Assembly (NCBI RefSeq): GCF_028641065.1
Contig: NC_073380.1
Coordinates: 92,504,001-92,568,000, forward strand
DNA from: Leucoraja erinacea
Taxonomy: Eukaryota
Direction: 5' to 3'
Length of the DNA stretch: 64,000 nt
The notes under the pieces are model-generated. The model did no database searches. It was not told the origin of the DNA and saw only the letters and a list, made by a program, of their open reading frames with translations. The number at the start of each line of letters is the position of its first letter. Within the stretch, counting starts at the first letter, position 1. The translations under genes were made by a program, and so were the position numbers. Positions 1-11,974 of this stretch are shown here, piece by piece.

Positions 1-660
1 TGAAGTGAATCAGATAATTATCTCGTGCCTTTATTTTGCACTGAATTTCACCCCTAAATCTCTCTGTTTTGCTATCTTCCTTTCATCCTCTAACACACCT
101 CTTAAAACCCCACAGTCAAAAAATGTGAGCAATGGCTGCAAGTTTTTCATATGCAAAACATGCATCAACTTAAAATTAACATGTTTTTTTCCATGTTCAC
201 AGTTCTGGAAAAGGCTCTTGACATAAAACATTAAATTTGTTCCTTTCAACATTGACGCTACCCGACCTGCTGAGTGTTTCCAGTATTTTCTGGTTTTGCT
301 GCATAATAATGATATCCCCCAAAACTGGACCATGCCAATGATCATCAGGATGCAGTTCATCCAACTGGAAGATTGGTTGGGCAATTCCTGTATGATAATC
401 TGTAGTATGGCTAATCTTTCCAAGCGTTAAAGATGTGTTGCAGGTCCTCCACCGATTTCCTGGCAACTGATGGTCTGGCACCTGGTTTAATCCAGACAAA
501 GTTACGAGAGTTCACTTGAAATCCCACACGGAGGCCCCACCAAAAATGTGGAGCCTAGTCTCGGGAAATGCAGCCGATTTCAACATCATTGCGACTTCCA
601 CAGCAAGTAAGAATTTCACTGTTCTATCTGGGATATACGACAATAAAACACTCTTGACTC

Positions 661-823
661 CAGTGGCAGACTGGGTCTAAAAATATTGGTTGCCAGGAGA
701 CAAAGGGGGCCCACTTCATCAGGGGCCCACTTGATATAGGGGGCCCACTTCATCAGGGGCCCACTTGATATAGGGGGCCCACTTCATCAGGGGCCCACTG
801 ACACCCTGGCAAGTCCGCCACTG
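661..823. mobile_element. hAT-type MITE (163 bp) with internal 34-bp tandem repeat
   Basis: 12-bp TIRs cagtggcagact / agtccgccactg (1 mismatch); 8-bp TSD cttgactc (653-660) / ctcgactc (824-831); six GGGCCCACT motifs at 17-bp spacing in 705-799. Confidence 0.85.
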
Positions 824-869
824 CTCGACTCTATGACAATAAAACACTCTTGACTTCCGATCTGCAGGT

Positions 870-1116
870 CGAGTGTGCCCCCTACTGCCGGGGCTCTGGA
901 ACTCCAGCCTGGCCAGAGCCCATGCAAGCATACCCATGGCCGACTTCCCAGGCTAACTTTGTGGACTAGCATTTCGACCTCCCCGGCAGCCTAGTTGGAC
1001 CGTTCCAGTGCCGTTCGCCTCTGAGGCCGAGGCCGTGACCTCCATTAGTCCGGAAAAACAGATAATCCAGTAGGCTCTGGAACCAAGGGTGCCGGAACGT
1101 CGATGTTGGGCCTGTA
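870..1116. mobile_element. probable Tc1/mariner-pogo (Tigger-like) fragment, one end only
   Basis: GC-rich body with tccggaaaa..ataatcc..gccggaa subterminal motifs, ending ...cctg followed by TA; the other end was not found. Confidence 0.4.
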
Positions 1117-1144
1117 CATATTTATTTTCCATTTACAGCTTTGC

Positions 1145-1202
1145 AGACAATAGACAATAGGTGCAGGAGCAGGCCATTCGGCCCTTCGAGCCAGCACCGC
1201 CA
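1145..1202 (-). mobile_element. CR1 (HER-type) extreme 3' tail fragment
   Basis: ataggtgcaggagcaggccattcggcccttcgagcc matches the CR1 3' UTRs at 27.9k, 31.9k and 53.3k. Confidence 0.8.
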
Positions 1203-3466
1203 CTGGAGCTTTTGAGTGCAACCAATGGCCTCCATTGAACAGGACATCTATGAGCGTGTCATGCAAATCTTGGCAATGAAGATGATTATTGGATCAGCAC
1301 TGTAGTAGCAATGCCTTGCACACAGCATTTGCCAGGGTTCAGTGCTGAGGATGGTGGAAACTTCTCGTTTTATCAATTCTCATCAGGGCTGCATGCTGTA
1401 ATCTCCATCTTTCTGATCCTTCCACGCCTCACACAGGTGTAGAGCCACAAACAACAGGACTTGTCCATTGCAAACCATCTGATAGTGCGGGCAGGGTGGG
1501 GGTTGGGGTGGGGCTCACACACAGCAGAATCAGTGTACTCCCCACTCCTTTATTTTTCCTCGCCACCAAACATGCTTTTACACAGCAGCCAAGGGGAAAA
1601 TTCCATAAAGCTGTGACTCACTTCCCCGTGATCAATGCAGCAGTGTCCCAACAGGACACACACGATTCCTTGCGCAAAACACCACAACAATGCTTTTAAT
1701 GTTCTTTTGCGTGATTTCATAAACCTTTTCAGGGCAACTGAATTGGCATGAAATCCAATTTCTAGGTACATCTCCTCGATCAAGCTATTCCATCCTGGCA
1801 TATTTTATTCAGGCAAAGGACAATATAAAAATCTAGCCTGTTCAACTGCTGGCATTTTATGACACAGTTGATGATGCTGGTCTTTATACCATTAAACCTG
1901 ATTGAACTAAAATACGTTCTGAGCCATCTCTGCAGTGTCGACCTGCTTTCATTCATCAGCGCACTGTGTCCAAGGTTTGTCTGGAGGAATGAAATTTCAC
2001 GACGACGTGTGTTATTCACTTGGAGCATCTGTTTTCTTTCACGAGATCAAATCTCTTCTGACTGTGCTGCAGTTCCTGGATCAGAAAGCCCGTGACCTCT
2101 GGTTCCTTAGCAACCACGATGCACGGCAGCCAGGGTGGATGAGGAAGATGAGCTTGCAAAGGTCAATTGATTGTGGCTGTCTCGTCATCCTCTGATATGT
2201 TACTTCTGACACCTTCTTCCGATTTTACACTAATGCACCATGATTAGTTTTTATTTGTGTTTGGGTTCCATGGTTTACTTGGCTAAAAAAAAAAACTACA
2301 AGCAGGACTTGAGGGGAAATCTGAGTGAAAAGCATCCATGGGAAAAAGAGCTGAAATCATTGAAATCATCTGCCGGCTGCCTATCTTGCTGTGCTGCCTC
2401 AGGCACTAACACATTTCCATTGAGTTATTTTATGATCAGGCCAGTATGTTATTGAAATATTATCCCTTTAGACGAGCTCATTCTGGTAGAAGATGACAGA
2501 TTCTCAGCACGGTGATTTAGTCCATGGACTCAATGCAGGACCAGCCCAGCACATCACATAGGGGGCCCCTAAGTTATAAAAGTTTGCCGTTTCTATTAGT
2601 CTGCAGTAAACGACAAAGCAAATGTTAAAGAAATGCATTTTAATAATTTACATACGGTCATGTCATTTAATGTTTTCCTGCGTGATGAAATATTATCAGC
2701 ATTTGATGGGATCATCAAGCTTTAGTGGTTTTGTTCAGAGCTGGTCGGATGTCAGCTTATCAAAGTTTGACCTGCTAGACTAAAATATTCAAGGATTTTG
2801 CAGCTATCACTCAGAGAAGACATTATTTGCTCAGTGTGACAGCGATGTGCACAAACTGGCTTCTGTATTTTCTCCATTGTGCCAGTGACCGTGCTTGCAA
2901 CGTGCTTTAAGTGTGAAGTCAGGCGGGACACTCTAAAGTTGGGATGATGCCACAGAACCGATAAAGTTCCAAACAACTGCCTGGACGCTTCTGGTAATTC
3001 TGGTCATTCCTATGCCAAAGATCACAAGAAAGAAAGGCATTATTTGGATTTCATTCACAAGACATAGCTTTACGACATAAGGCACAGCTTTTTTAAAGCA
3101 CATCCGCAGGGCAGATTGTTTTACACGGAGTGGTAGACATTGCCAAGGATGATGGTAGAACAGATACAACAGTGACATTTAGACAGGCACATGAAAATAA
3201 AAGGAATGGGGGGCCTGTTCCTATGCTGTACCATTCTGTGTTCTATGAATAGGTGTGAGTTCATTGCAACTTCTGGCATCATAGAAACCAAAGCCCCACT
3301 CTAGTACCTTTGACAGAAACAACTGATCACCAAAAGAAACACATCCGGATTCCAATGACTTTTACAAGAAAGATCATTTTACGAGAAATTTTAAAAATCT
3401 GTAAAACCAAGTGTGGAAATGAATTAGTGTGTAGATTCTAGACATAAGAATAAAAGGGATGCTATA

Positions 3467-3954
3467 AGGGCCTGTCCCACGAGCATGTGACTCCATATGG
3501 CAAGCACGACCTAACGTGGTCGCTTGAGCCGTGCGGCCTCGCGGGGCCGGTCCCACTTCGATCGCCGGAGCCGTATGTTGTGCGGAGCCAACATCGCGCG
3601 GGGCTCCGAAAAAATTACCATCTTCAAATATTCCGTGCGGCAACGGCCTGGCGGCCCGCAGCCACCTCAACGCCGTACGCACCGCCTCGACGGGCGTGCG
3701 CAGCGTCTGGACGCCGTACGCAGCGTCTTGACACCGTACATTACGCGCAAACTTCCCACGGACTTCGCTCGAACTTCACGTCACTCACTCGACCTCCGCG
3801 CGGCCCTCGGTTACAGTTTGGTCGTGCTCGCCGCATGCAAGCGCATGCTGGTGGGACCGGCCCTGTACGGGGATCACTCGACCTCCGCACGGCCCCCGCT
3901 TCCGGTTTGGTCGCACTTGCCGCATGCAGATCGCATGCTCGTGGGACAGGCACT
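3467..3954. mobile_element. PIF/Harbinger-type MITE, copy 1
   Basis: TIR agggcctgtcccacgagcatg / catgctcgtgggacaggcact with TAA-like flanks; CpG-rich; homologous in opposite orientation to 30983-31321. Confidence 0.8.
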
Positions 3955-4112
3955 TAACATTCACAGAAATATTCTTAATATATTCTTACCTGGAACTTTG
4001 ACTTTAATGACCATGACCATCTGAACTTCTTTCTCTCTTTATCTCTCTTTCTCACCATCTATCTTTCCATGTATCTACAGTATCTATGTATATCATAGCA
4101 AATATCAATCCA

Positions 4113-4230
4113 TACTGAAGGATCCCAACCCAAAGCATGTCCTGTCTATTCAGTCCCCAGATGCTGACCCATTGAGTTCCTCCAGCATTTTCAATTACAA
4201 GATTCCAGCATCTGTAGTTCATTGTGTTTC
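4113..4230 (+). mobile_element. degenerate Penelope-type short repeat
   Basis: ctgaagg..ccc..aaa..cagatgctg..tgagttcctccagcattt..ccagcatctgtagtt, same layout as the intact copies. Confidence 0.6.
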
Positions 4231-4388
4231 CTGCCTACACACCTATCTATTAATTTACTCATCAATCTATTCATAAATATCCTTTTATATACTTTTCAAT
4301 ATCCATCTTTAATATATAGGAATTGGTCATTTTCAAACACAGGAACCCCCACTTTCATCTTTCATGTAGATTATAACTAAATGGATAT

Positions 4389-4800
4389 CATAAGATCGTG
4401 TGATAGGAGTAGAAATAGGCCATTCCACCCATCAAGTCTACTCCGCCATTCAATCATCGATGATCTCTAGCCCATCCTCCTGCCTTCCCCCCATAACTTC
4501 TGACACCAGTACTAATGAAGAATCTACCTAACTCTTTCTTAAATATATCCACTGACTTTGCCTCCACTGCTTTCTGTGGCAAAGAATTCCACAGATTCAC
4601 CACCCTCTAACTAAAGAAATTCCTCCTCATCTTCCTATGAGAACGTCCTTTAATTCTGATTATATGACCTCTAGTCCTAGACTCTCCCTCTAGTGGAAAC
4701 ATCCTCTCCACATCAAGTCAAGTCGTCAAGTCAAGTCCAAGCCTTTCACTATTCTGTAGGTTTCAATGAGGCCCCCACTGCATCAAATGCTCATCATATG
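4389..4800 (-). mobile_element. CR1 3' fragment
   Basis: ttctgtggcaaagaattccacagattcaccac, the reverse of the RVVNLWNSLP-encoding region, plus 3' UTR. Confidence 0.8.
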
Positions 4801-5059
4801 CTACTCCTGTTACAAACCCCTCAATTACTTTACCTGAAAAGGTTACAATGGGTTGAATGGCTTTCCCTGTATTGTAAATGTTCTATGATTCCATACATTA
4901 ATACCAGGTTTAACACATTTTATCGGTATTGTCAGAATTTCCAGATTTCGATAGATTTCTTTTGCATGACAAAGTAACTGTCTCTGCCATAAGAAGTAAA
5001 GTTTGACCAAAAAGGCATGAATATGTTACATTAAAAGTACTTCATAGGCGATTGAAACA

Positions 5060-5470
5060 TGCATCGAACAATACAACACAGGAACAGGTGCTTTGGCTTC
5101 CAATTTCTGCACCAAACATGATGCCAAGTCAACCTTTATCTACCTGCACACAATCTATGTTCCTCCATTCCTTGCATTTCTATGTGCTTATCCAAAAATC
5201 TCTTAAATGCCACTTTGGAATCTGCCTCCACCACCATCCCAGGCATTCCATTCCAGGCACTCACCACCCTCTGTGTAAACAATTGCCCTACACATCACCT
5301 TTAAACTTTGACCCTCTCACCTTAAAGCTCTGCCCTGTAGTATTTGATATTTCCCATTCTGGAACAAAAGGTACTGACTGTCTACCTTATCTATCCCTCT
5401 CATAATTTTATATGCATCTATCGGATCTCCCCACAACATCCGGCATTCCAGAGGAAACAATCCAAGCCTC
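5060..5470 (-). mobile_element. older CR1 3' fragment
   Basis: ORF 5317-5511 contains LGLFPLECRMLWGDPIDAYKIMRGIDKVD (CR1 ORF2 C-terminus). Confidence 0.75.
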
Positions 5471-5618
5471 CAGGATAAACCTGAGATCGCTAGTGCCTCC
5501 TCTTGAAGCAAGGATGAATTGCAAGGAGCGGCCTGAGATCACAATGTCTCCTCCTTCGAAGACCAGGACTTAGCTTCTGGGACAAGCCACTGCACATGTA
5601 CCTAGGCAGTGAGGGACA

Positions 5619-5632
5619 GCGCCCCCTTGTGG
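5619..5632 (-). promoter_or_regulatory. candidate CTCF site
   Basis: minus strand CCACAAGGGGGCGC, one mismatch to the CCASYAGRKGGCRS core; motif only. Confidence 0.4.
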
Positions 5633-5729
5633 TCCTGCAATTTCTTCCCACTGTAAATAAAATATATACATGAGTTCACACAACTGCAAGTATCAGTGTA
5701 GTCACTGCAAAACCCAGCGCCATCCCCAA

Positions 5730-5890
5730 CGCTCCACCATCTATCACTTGCAGGCTTTGTCCTGCCCCCACATCTTTCCTCCCCCCTTGTACAATCAGTC
5801 TGAAGAAGAGTCCTGACCCGAACAATCACCTATCCATTCCCTCCACAGATTTTGCCTGGTCTGCTGAGTTACCTCAGCACTCTGTGTTTC
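5730..5890 (+). mobile_element. Penelope-type repeat with degenerate hammerhead and extra 5' sequence
   Basis: caatcagtctgaagaagagtcctgacccgaac...tgctgagttac. Confidence 0.65.
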
Positions 5891-5954
5891 ACAGTCAACT
5901 CAATGAGTAAATTTATGAGGTTTATGAGGAAAACATTTATGAGGAAAAAAAAGG

Positions 5955-6317
5955 TGGTTGGACAGGCTAGATGCAGGAAGATTGTTCCCGATGTTGGGGA
6001 AGTCCAGAACAAGGGGTCTCAGTTTAAGGATAAGGTGGAAGTCTTTTAGGAATGAGATGAGAAAAACATTTTTTACACAGAGAGTGGTGAATCTCTGGAA
6101 TTCTCTGCCACAGAATGTAGTTGAGGCCAGTTCATTGGCTATATTTAAGAGGGAGTTAGATGTGGCCCTTGTGAGTAAAGAGTTCAGGGGGTATGGAGAG
6201 AAGGCAGGTACAGGATACTGAGTTGGATGATCAACCATGATTATATTGAATGGCGGTGCAGGCTCGAAAGGCCGAATGGCCTGCTCCTGCACCTATTGTT
6301 TATTGTCTATTGTCTAT
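5955..6317 (+). mobile_element. CR1 (HER-type) 3' end
   Basis: ORF DRLDAGRLFPMLGKSRTRG...FFTQRVVNLWNSLP, 3' UTR and (tattgtc)n tail. Confidence 0.92.
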
Positions 6318-6750
6318 AATGTACCCCGAAAACTGATGTGCATCTATCGGTTGAATGTCTGAAAATATGTGCTCAGGTATAAAATTAAAACATAACCTGA
6401 CTAACTCAACCACACCCACTCTGAACATGACTCAACCTTGTGGACTTCATATTTTTCATGCCCGACCCTAGCCAGGCTGAGGACATTGGCAGAAAAACAA
6501 ACAAAGATACTTACACCGACATTCATTTTGATTAAGAACAGTGTGTTACAGTAATATGGAGCAAATCATCCAGGCCTGACCTGGATAAAATACAGAGCTG
6601 AGCCAATATGACTCAACCCCAAATTGGCTGCTTCGTCAGAATATACACTCAACCTGCCACGTACAGTTAAAACATGCCAGTCAGGCTCACCAGGCTTGGG
6701 CGAGTCTCTTAACACAGTTAGCAATATTTTCAGTTAACAGTAAATAAGAA

Positions 6751-6843
6751 GGTAGACAAAAATGCTGGAGAAACTCAGCGGGTGCAGCAGCATCTATGGA
6801 TCGAAGGAAATAGGCAACGTTTCGGGCCGAAACCCTTCTTCAG
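6751..6843 (-). mobile_element. Penelope-type hammerhead repeat with TSD
   Basis: minus strand ctgaagaagggtttcggcccgaaacgttgcc; 14-bp duplication acagtaaataagaa at 6737-6750 and 6844-6857. Confidence 0.85.
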
Positions 6844-7222
6844 ACAGTAAATAAGAACATGGTGCAGATTATTTAGTAGCTGGTATGAACATGATCCGGA
6901 ATCACTACCTCTCAATCCAAGGTGCTTCATTTCAGTTTCAGAAGTGAATTCCTCTGCCCTTGGAAGGGGAGATAAGGACTGGAGCGAAAAGCAAAACATC
7001 CTCACTCTGTTCTGGGTACTTGTGCACCCGTAATTGAGTTGTTCTCCAACCAGCCATGTAGGAGCAAGCAGCAATGAGTACAGAAATATAGTGCTTGTCA
7101 AATGTATTGTTTAGAGTTAACCAGTTTATTAACCCAACCTACATGCTGCACATTAATTACCAGAGAGATTCTTAAACTCTCTAATGCAAATAATCAGGTA
7201 TCTCCCCTTGGTAGACTTCTTC

Positions 7223-7351
7223 AGTCTGAAGAAGGGTCTTGAACCGAAACATTGCCTATATCTTTCCTTCCATAGATGCTGCCTCACCCGCTGAGTTTCT
7301 CCAGCATTTTTGTCTACCTTCGATTTTCCAGCAACTGCAGTTCCTTCTTAA
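7223..7351 (+). mobile_element. Penelope-type hammerhead repeat
   Basis: gtctgaagaagggtcttgaaccgaaacattgcc...ctgcagttccttcttaa; imperfect flanking duplication aggtatctccccttggta / aggtttctcccctttgta. Confidence 0.8.
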
Positions 7352-8480
7352 AGGTTTCTCCCCTTTGTATCTTGAGCAGTTTTTAGCCATTTCTTCAGCG
7401 ATTAACACCTCTGCCTTAAATCGTAATGAACAATATTGTTACAGTGATGTGTAGATAAACCCGATAGATTCAAATTCTGACACGCAGCTGTAAACAGAAT
7501 TGTGTTTTTGTTCATTTCCACTATCATTCTCAAAAACAATTTACAGAAAACACATTTAAGGATGTTTCTGTTTCTATCAGAGTTCTTGCTGCCAGACAGA
7601 TTGACTTGAAGCTATGCTTGTTGTAAATGTAGCTTTTTTTAATTCTTCATGTATGGCAATGTCCTCTTTAATTACACAGTCCTCATTATAACACACATAC
7701 CTTAATTCATTAAATATACTGAAATCACCCCGGTCAGTCAAGGAGGCACATTTACAAGCAGACTGCAGACTAAATCACAAGCATTGTTTGGACAAGGTTG
7801 TGAACACTGAGCATTAGGCCGTGGAATGTGAACAAATAATCAATTGTGCAGCCTAGAAATAAAGTGAGAAAGAACTGGCATTTATATGTCAGCTTTTACC
7901 ACATTCCAATGTATTTCCAAAGAATCATGCTGTGGTGGAAGGAAGTCACTGTTGTGATCTATAAGCTCATCCAAATGGATGGAAAATATATTTGTGACAA
8001 TTAAGGGGGTTGTTCCTGGTAATTTGGCCATGTTTTCTCTCTTAAGCAACACAGTGATAAAACAGATTACCAATGGTGAAATAAATGCAAGCATGAGGTC
8101 ATATGTTAGTAACTGCATTGGTGTGAATAGCTGAAAAGATCAGGATCAAGCACAAATGTGATGCAACCTCTGGATCAATGACCCAAAGAGGTTCAGTACC
8201 TACATTTGTGTATGAAGAATGGGTAACGTAAGAAGAATGTGTTCAAAGGGAACACAGTCCATAGGTAATCTCTGGAAGTGCATTCTGGAAAACTGCTTTC
8301 CGAATGGTTATCAGTGAAGAATAATAGCCAATAATCTGTTCCATTGCTTTCCATTGTTAGATTCCACTACAAAACAGCTGAAACATCTGGATTTAAATGC
8401 TTGCGAAAAAAATCTTCCAGAAAATGCCTGATTAAATGGAAATAATTGGTCTATTTGGGGAATAAATCCAGTAAACTGAC

Positions 8481-9127
8481 TAGAAACATAGAAAAATATT
8501 TAATAGAAAAATAGGTGCAGGAGTAGGCCATTCTCCAGCACTGGCATTCAATATGATCATGTCTGATCATCCAAAATCAGTTCCCTGTTCCTACTATTTT
8601 TCCCCATATCCTTTGATTCCGTTAGTCCTAAGAGCGAAATCTAACTCTTTTCTAAAACCATCCAGTGAATTGCCCTCCACTGCCTTCTGTGGCAGAGAAT
8701 TCCACAGATTCACAACTCTCTGGGTGAAAAAGTTTTTCCTCACCTAAGTCCTAAATGGCCTACCTCTTATTCTTAAACTGTGACCCCCTCGTTCTAGACT
8801 CCCCCAACATCGGGAATATTTTTCCTGCATCTAGCCTGTCCAATCCTATAAGAATTTTATATGTTTCTATAAGATCCTTCCAAATTCCAGTGAATATAAG
8901 CCCAGTCGACCCATTCTTTCATCATATGTCAGTCCCGCCATCCCGGGAACTAACCTGGTGAACCTAAGCTGCACTCTCTCAATAGCAAGAATGTCCTTCC
9001 TCAAATTAGGAAACCAAAACTGCACACAATACTACAGGTGGAGTCTCATGAGGGCCCTGTACAACTGCAGTAGGACCTGCTTGCTCCTATACTAAAATCC
9101 TCGCGCTATGGCCAACATGCCATTTGC
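8481..9127 (-). mobile_element. CR1 (HER-type) 3' fragment
   Basis: tagaaacatagaaaa tail and about 600 bp similar to 31912-32560. Confidence 0.88.
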
Positions 9128-9549
9128 TTGACTACTTGAAAGAGTCTCCAATGAGTGAAATGCATTTGCTTGGAAGGATGGGATTAGTACAGCACCATAT
9201 CGAGAGAATATTGGCATTGCTTGGGAAACAATGCTTAATATTGGATTGGCAGAATTCTTTCATATTATTTTTAATCTTGTTTCTATTTGTGGATGGTTGC
9301 ATTGACTGGAACTGATGGACTCGTGCAAAATGCCCACTACCATCTCATAAAATCAACTATTTCAGGAAATGCATCAGCTATGCCTGACGTATGAATGCAC
9401 ATAGCCATTAGGGGAAATAAAAAAAATACATAAAGAAAATAACCTGTAAAAACTAATTATCTGAACAATATTATTTTCTTGCATTTAATCTGCTACCCAT
9501 ACAAGCAATGACTTAACAAAGATTGATCTGATTGTTACTTGATTAGAAT

Positions 9550-9860
9550 TACAGAGAGTTACAGCAAAGAAATAGGTCTCTTAGCTTATTCACTCCAACC
9601 ATCCATTACACTGATCCTACGATTAATCCAGTTTATTTATATTCTTCCTAAATTCTCATTTATCTCCCCGCTCCCCCCTAGAATCTACCACTTACCTACC
9701 TTCTAGGAGTAATGTATTCCAACTATTTGGGCTGTGGGAGGAAATCGAAGAACCTGGAATAAACACAGGCAGTCATATGGAGAACATGCAAACTCCTCTT
9801 AGATGTCAAGAATTGAAATTATCTCTCTGGAACTGTGAGGCATCGGATCCACACCACGCT
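9550..9860 (-). mobile_element. degenerate HE1-like SINE
   Basis: tgtgggaggaaatcgaagaacctgga...ggagaacatgcaaactcc, the reverse of the HE1 central domain. Confidence 0.6.
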
Positions 9861-10639
9861 GTCAAGATTCTTCTCGACAACAGAATTGTTTGGACAAAAC
9901 AATATTCATTATCAGTGTCAAATGTTACAATTAGCATCAGAGTAAAGAGTTTGCAATTAATTTTAAATTACTTTATATTCATTCTGCAGAGGATTTACAA
10001 AATATAATTAGGTACTATGTCTAGAGTTTACATCCTTATCACCTAATTTAGCCCTAAATGATGTACTTCATGTTTTTACACCAGGAACCATTTGCTTTCA
10101 GAGATTACATTAATAAATGGTTAGATTAGTTTACATTACACATCATTCTGCAAACAGTTTAGAATTTATTTATTTAGTTTTGAAAACATTTCTGTAATTT
10201 CAGTCTTTAGATATGTTTCTTATTTTCCCACATGGGCGGAACTCGTCTAATTTCCATGTTTGGATGACAGCCTTATCTACCAGTTCTGTAGGCATGTCTG
10301 GTACTAACCGCTGTTGCCATTCACTGTAAAATGGTGAGAAAGTGCGAGGCCTGGAAAGACATCACCTACAAATTCATCGTGTTCATCCACTTCAGAAGTG
10401 AGGATTGTTGGTCAGTTGGGAGGCAAGGTCTAATACATATTTTTTCTTCATTTTTTTCTAATTTCTCAATATTTGTGGGTGCTTCTTTGAGCTAGAATTG
10501 ATGCAATGTTGTAACATCCATTGGTTGACCTAGGAAATACATCTGCCATGTGTCGATGCACAATTTCAGCAGAAAGATCCTATGAAACATAAGAAGTCAC
10601 CCAATAGCATGCAAATAGCACCCAAAGAGATATGTCTTA

Positions 10640-10875
10640 CTATATAGCATTAAACCTATCCAACATATTTCACAGACAATGAAGTACTTCTGGCTGTTAT
10701 AGAAGTACAACTATGTTGTGATACTATTACAACACAGAAAGTCCATGTTGTATCTGGCAAACTCTCACCCACGGCAGTGTACGATCAGAAGATCCGTTTC
10801 AATGATGTTCGTTAGAGGGAATTGTATTTTTCACCTGAATCGTGCAGTACACAAAGACCATCTCATAAAGCAGTG
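10640..10875 (-). mobile_element. ancient Deu-domain-like SINE relic
   Basis: cacagacaatgaagtactt...gatcagaagatccgtttcaatgatgtt resembles the reverse of the SacSINE1/AmnSINE1 3' region, recognised from memory. Confidence 0.45.
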
Positions 10876-11244
10876 GTGAGTGTCTTGAACGTTGGTTTAT
10901 TCAAAGCCGTAAAAGTATATATTTGGAAATGCTGAGATTTTTAAATGCTCAGTATTTAGAAATTTGAAAACAACAGTTTCAAAGGGTTCACAGCCCCCAC
11001 ACCCTCTTATGTTCTGTATTTCAATGGTTACAGGTGGATTATCATTTCTGAAATAATGCATCAACGTTTCTTTGTAATCATTCAATCTTGTTTTTTTCTC
11101 TCTTATAGTAACCTTTAACTTTCTGTTTCCTTGTAATTAATTAGGAAAACATCCTCCTATTTGCCCGACATGTGGGTGTAATAAAGAACCCTTCTTATCT
11201 CATGATTAGCTTTATTGCCCTCAGCCTGGTTTACAACATTCTAC

Positions 11245-11358
11245 ATAGAAACAAGGAACTGCAGAAGGAGACAACGTGGTGGTGTAACTCAGCAGGTTAG
11301 GCAGCGTCTCTGTAGAACGCGGAGAGGTGGCCTTTCAGGTCAAAAATCCTCTTCAGAC
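11245..11358 (-). mobile_element. degenerate Penelope-type repeat
   Basis: aaggaactgcaga...taactcagcagg..ggcagc..tctctg...ctcttcagac. Confidence 0.7.
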
Positions 11359-11426
11359 ATGCTTCTTCATCTTAATACTGCATTTTAGCAAGATATTATG
11401 TTAATTGCTCTTAAGAGATAACCAGC

Positions 11427-11458
11427 CTGAAGAAGGGTCTTGACCCGAAACGTCACCC
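11427..11458 (+). ncRNA. minimal type I hammerhead ribozyme motif
   Basis: CUGAAGA (11427-33), extra A, stem II GGGU-CUUG-ACCC, GAAA (11447-50), CG, UC; predicted cleavage after 11454; stem I is weak in this genomic context. Confidence 0.65.
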
Positions 11459-11520
11459 ATTCCTTCTCTCCAGAGATGCTGCCTGGCCTGCTGAGTTACT
11501 CCAGCATCTTGTGTCTACCT
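11427..11520 (+). mobile_element. Penelope-type repeat with intact minimal hammerhead core
   Basis: ctgaagaagggtcttgacccgaaacgtcacccattccttctctccagagatgctgcc. Confidence 0.85.
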
Positions 11521-11834
11521 ACTAGTTAATACAAGATAAATTGAAAAACATTTCAAACTCATATTGCCACTCCAACCACCCCAAAGCACTAATTTGTTAT
11601 ATATGACATAGCATATAAAATGGTAATGCTAAGGACAATGATGTCATAGTCTTGAACTTCAGCCCAACAAAGTTATAATGAATATTGATATTGTAAATAT
11701 ACCAATATTGTTTAACTGAACTGATTGCTCAAAAGGCTAAACATTTACATGTCTTGCATTCTCTGATAATATATTAACTTCTGTGTTCAGTAAGAAGTCA
11801 AACCCCCAAATACTACTACACATTAGCACTGCAC

Positions 11835-11926
11835 AGAACACAGTGCTGGACTAACGCAACAAGTCAGGCAGTATCTCTGGAAGGTATGAATAGGCGATGT
11901 TTCGAATTGGGACACTTCTTCAGACT
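11835..11926 (-). mobile_element. degenerate Penelope-type repeat
   Basis: tcaggcagtatctctggaaggtatgaataggcgatgtttcg..gggacacttcttcagact. Confidence 0.7.
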
Positions 11927-11974
11927 GGAGTAGAATTCTGACCAGCTGCATCTCTGTCTGGTTTGGGGACAGTA

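Noticed and set aside
705-799. Regular repeats resembling a CRISPR array
   Set aside because: The spacers alternate between two identical sequences; it is a tandem repeat inside a MITE.
3374-4024. Overlapping 100-166 aa ORFs
   Set aside because: Stop-poor GC-rich MITE sequence with no domain motifs.
6514-6580. 66-nt minus-strand exon-like segment
   Set aside because: Stops in all three frames and no other support.
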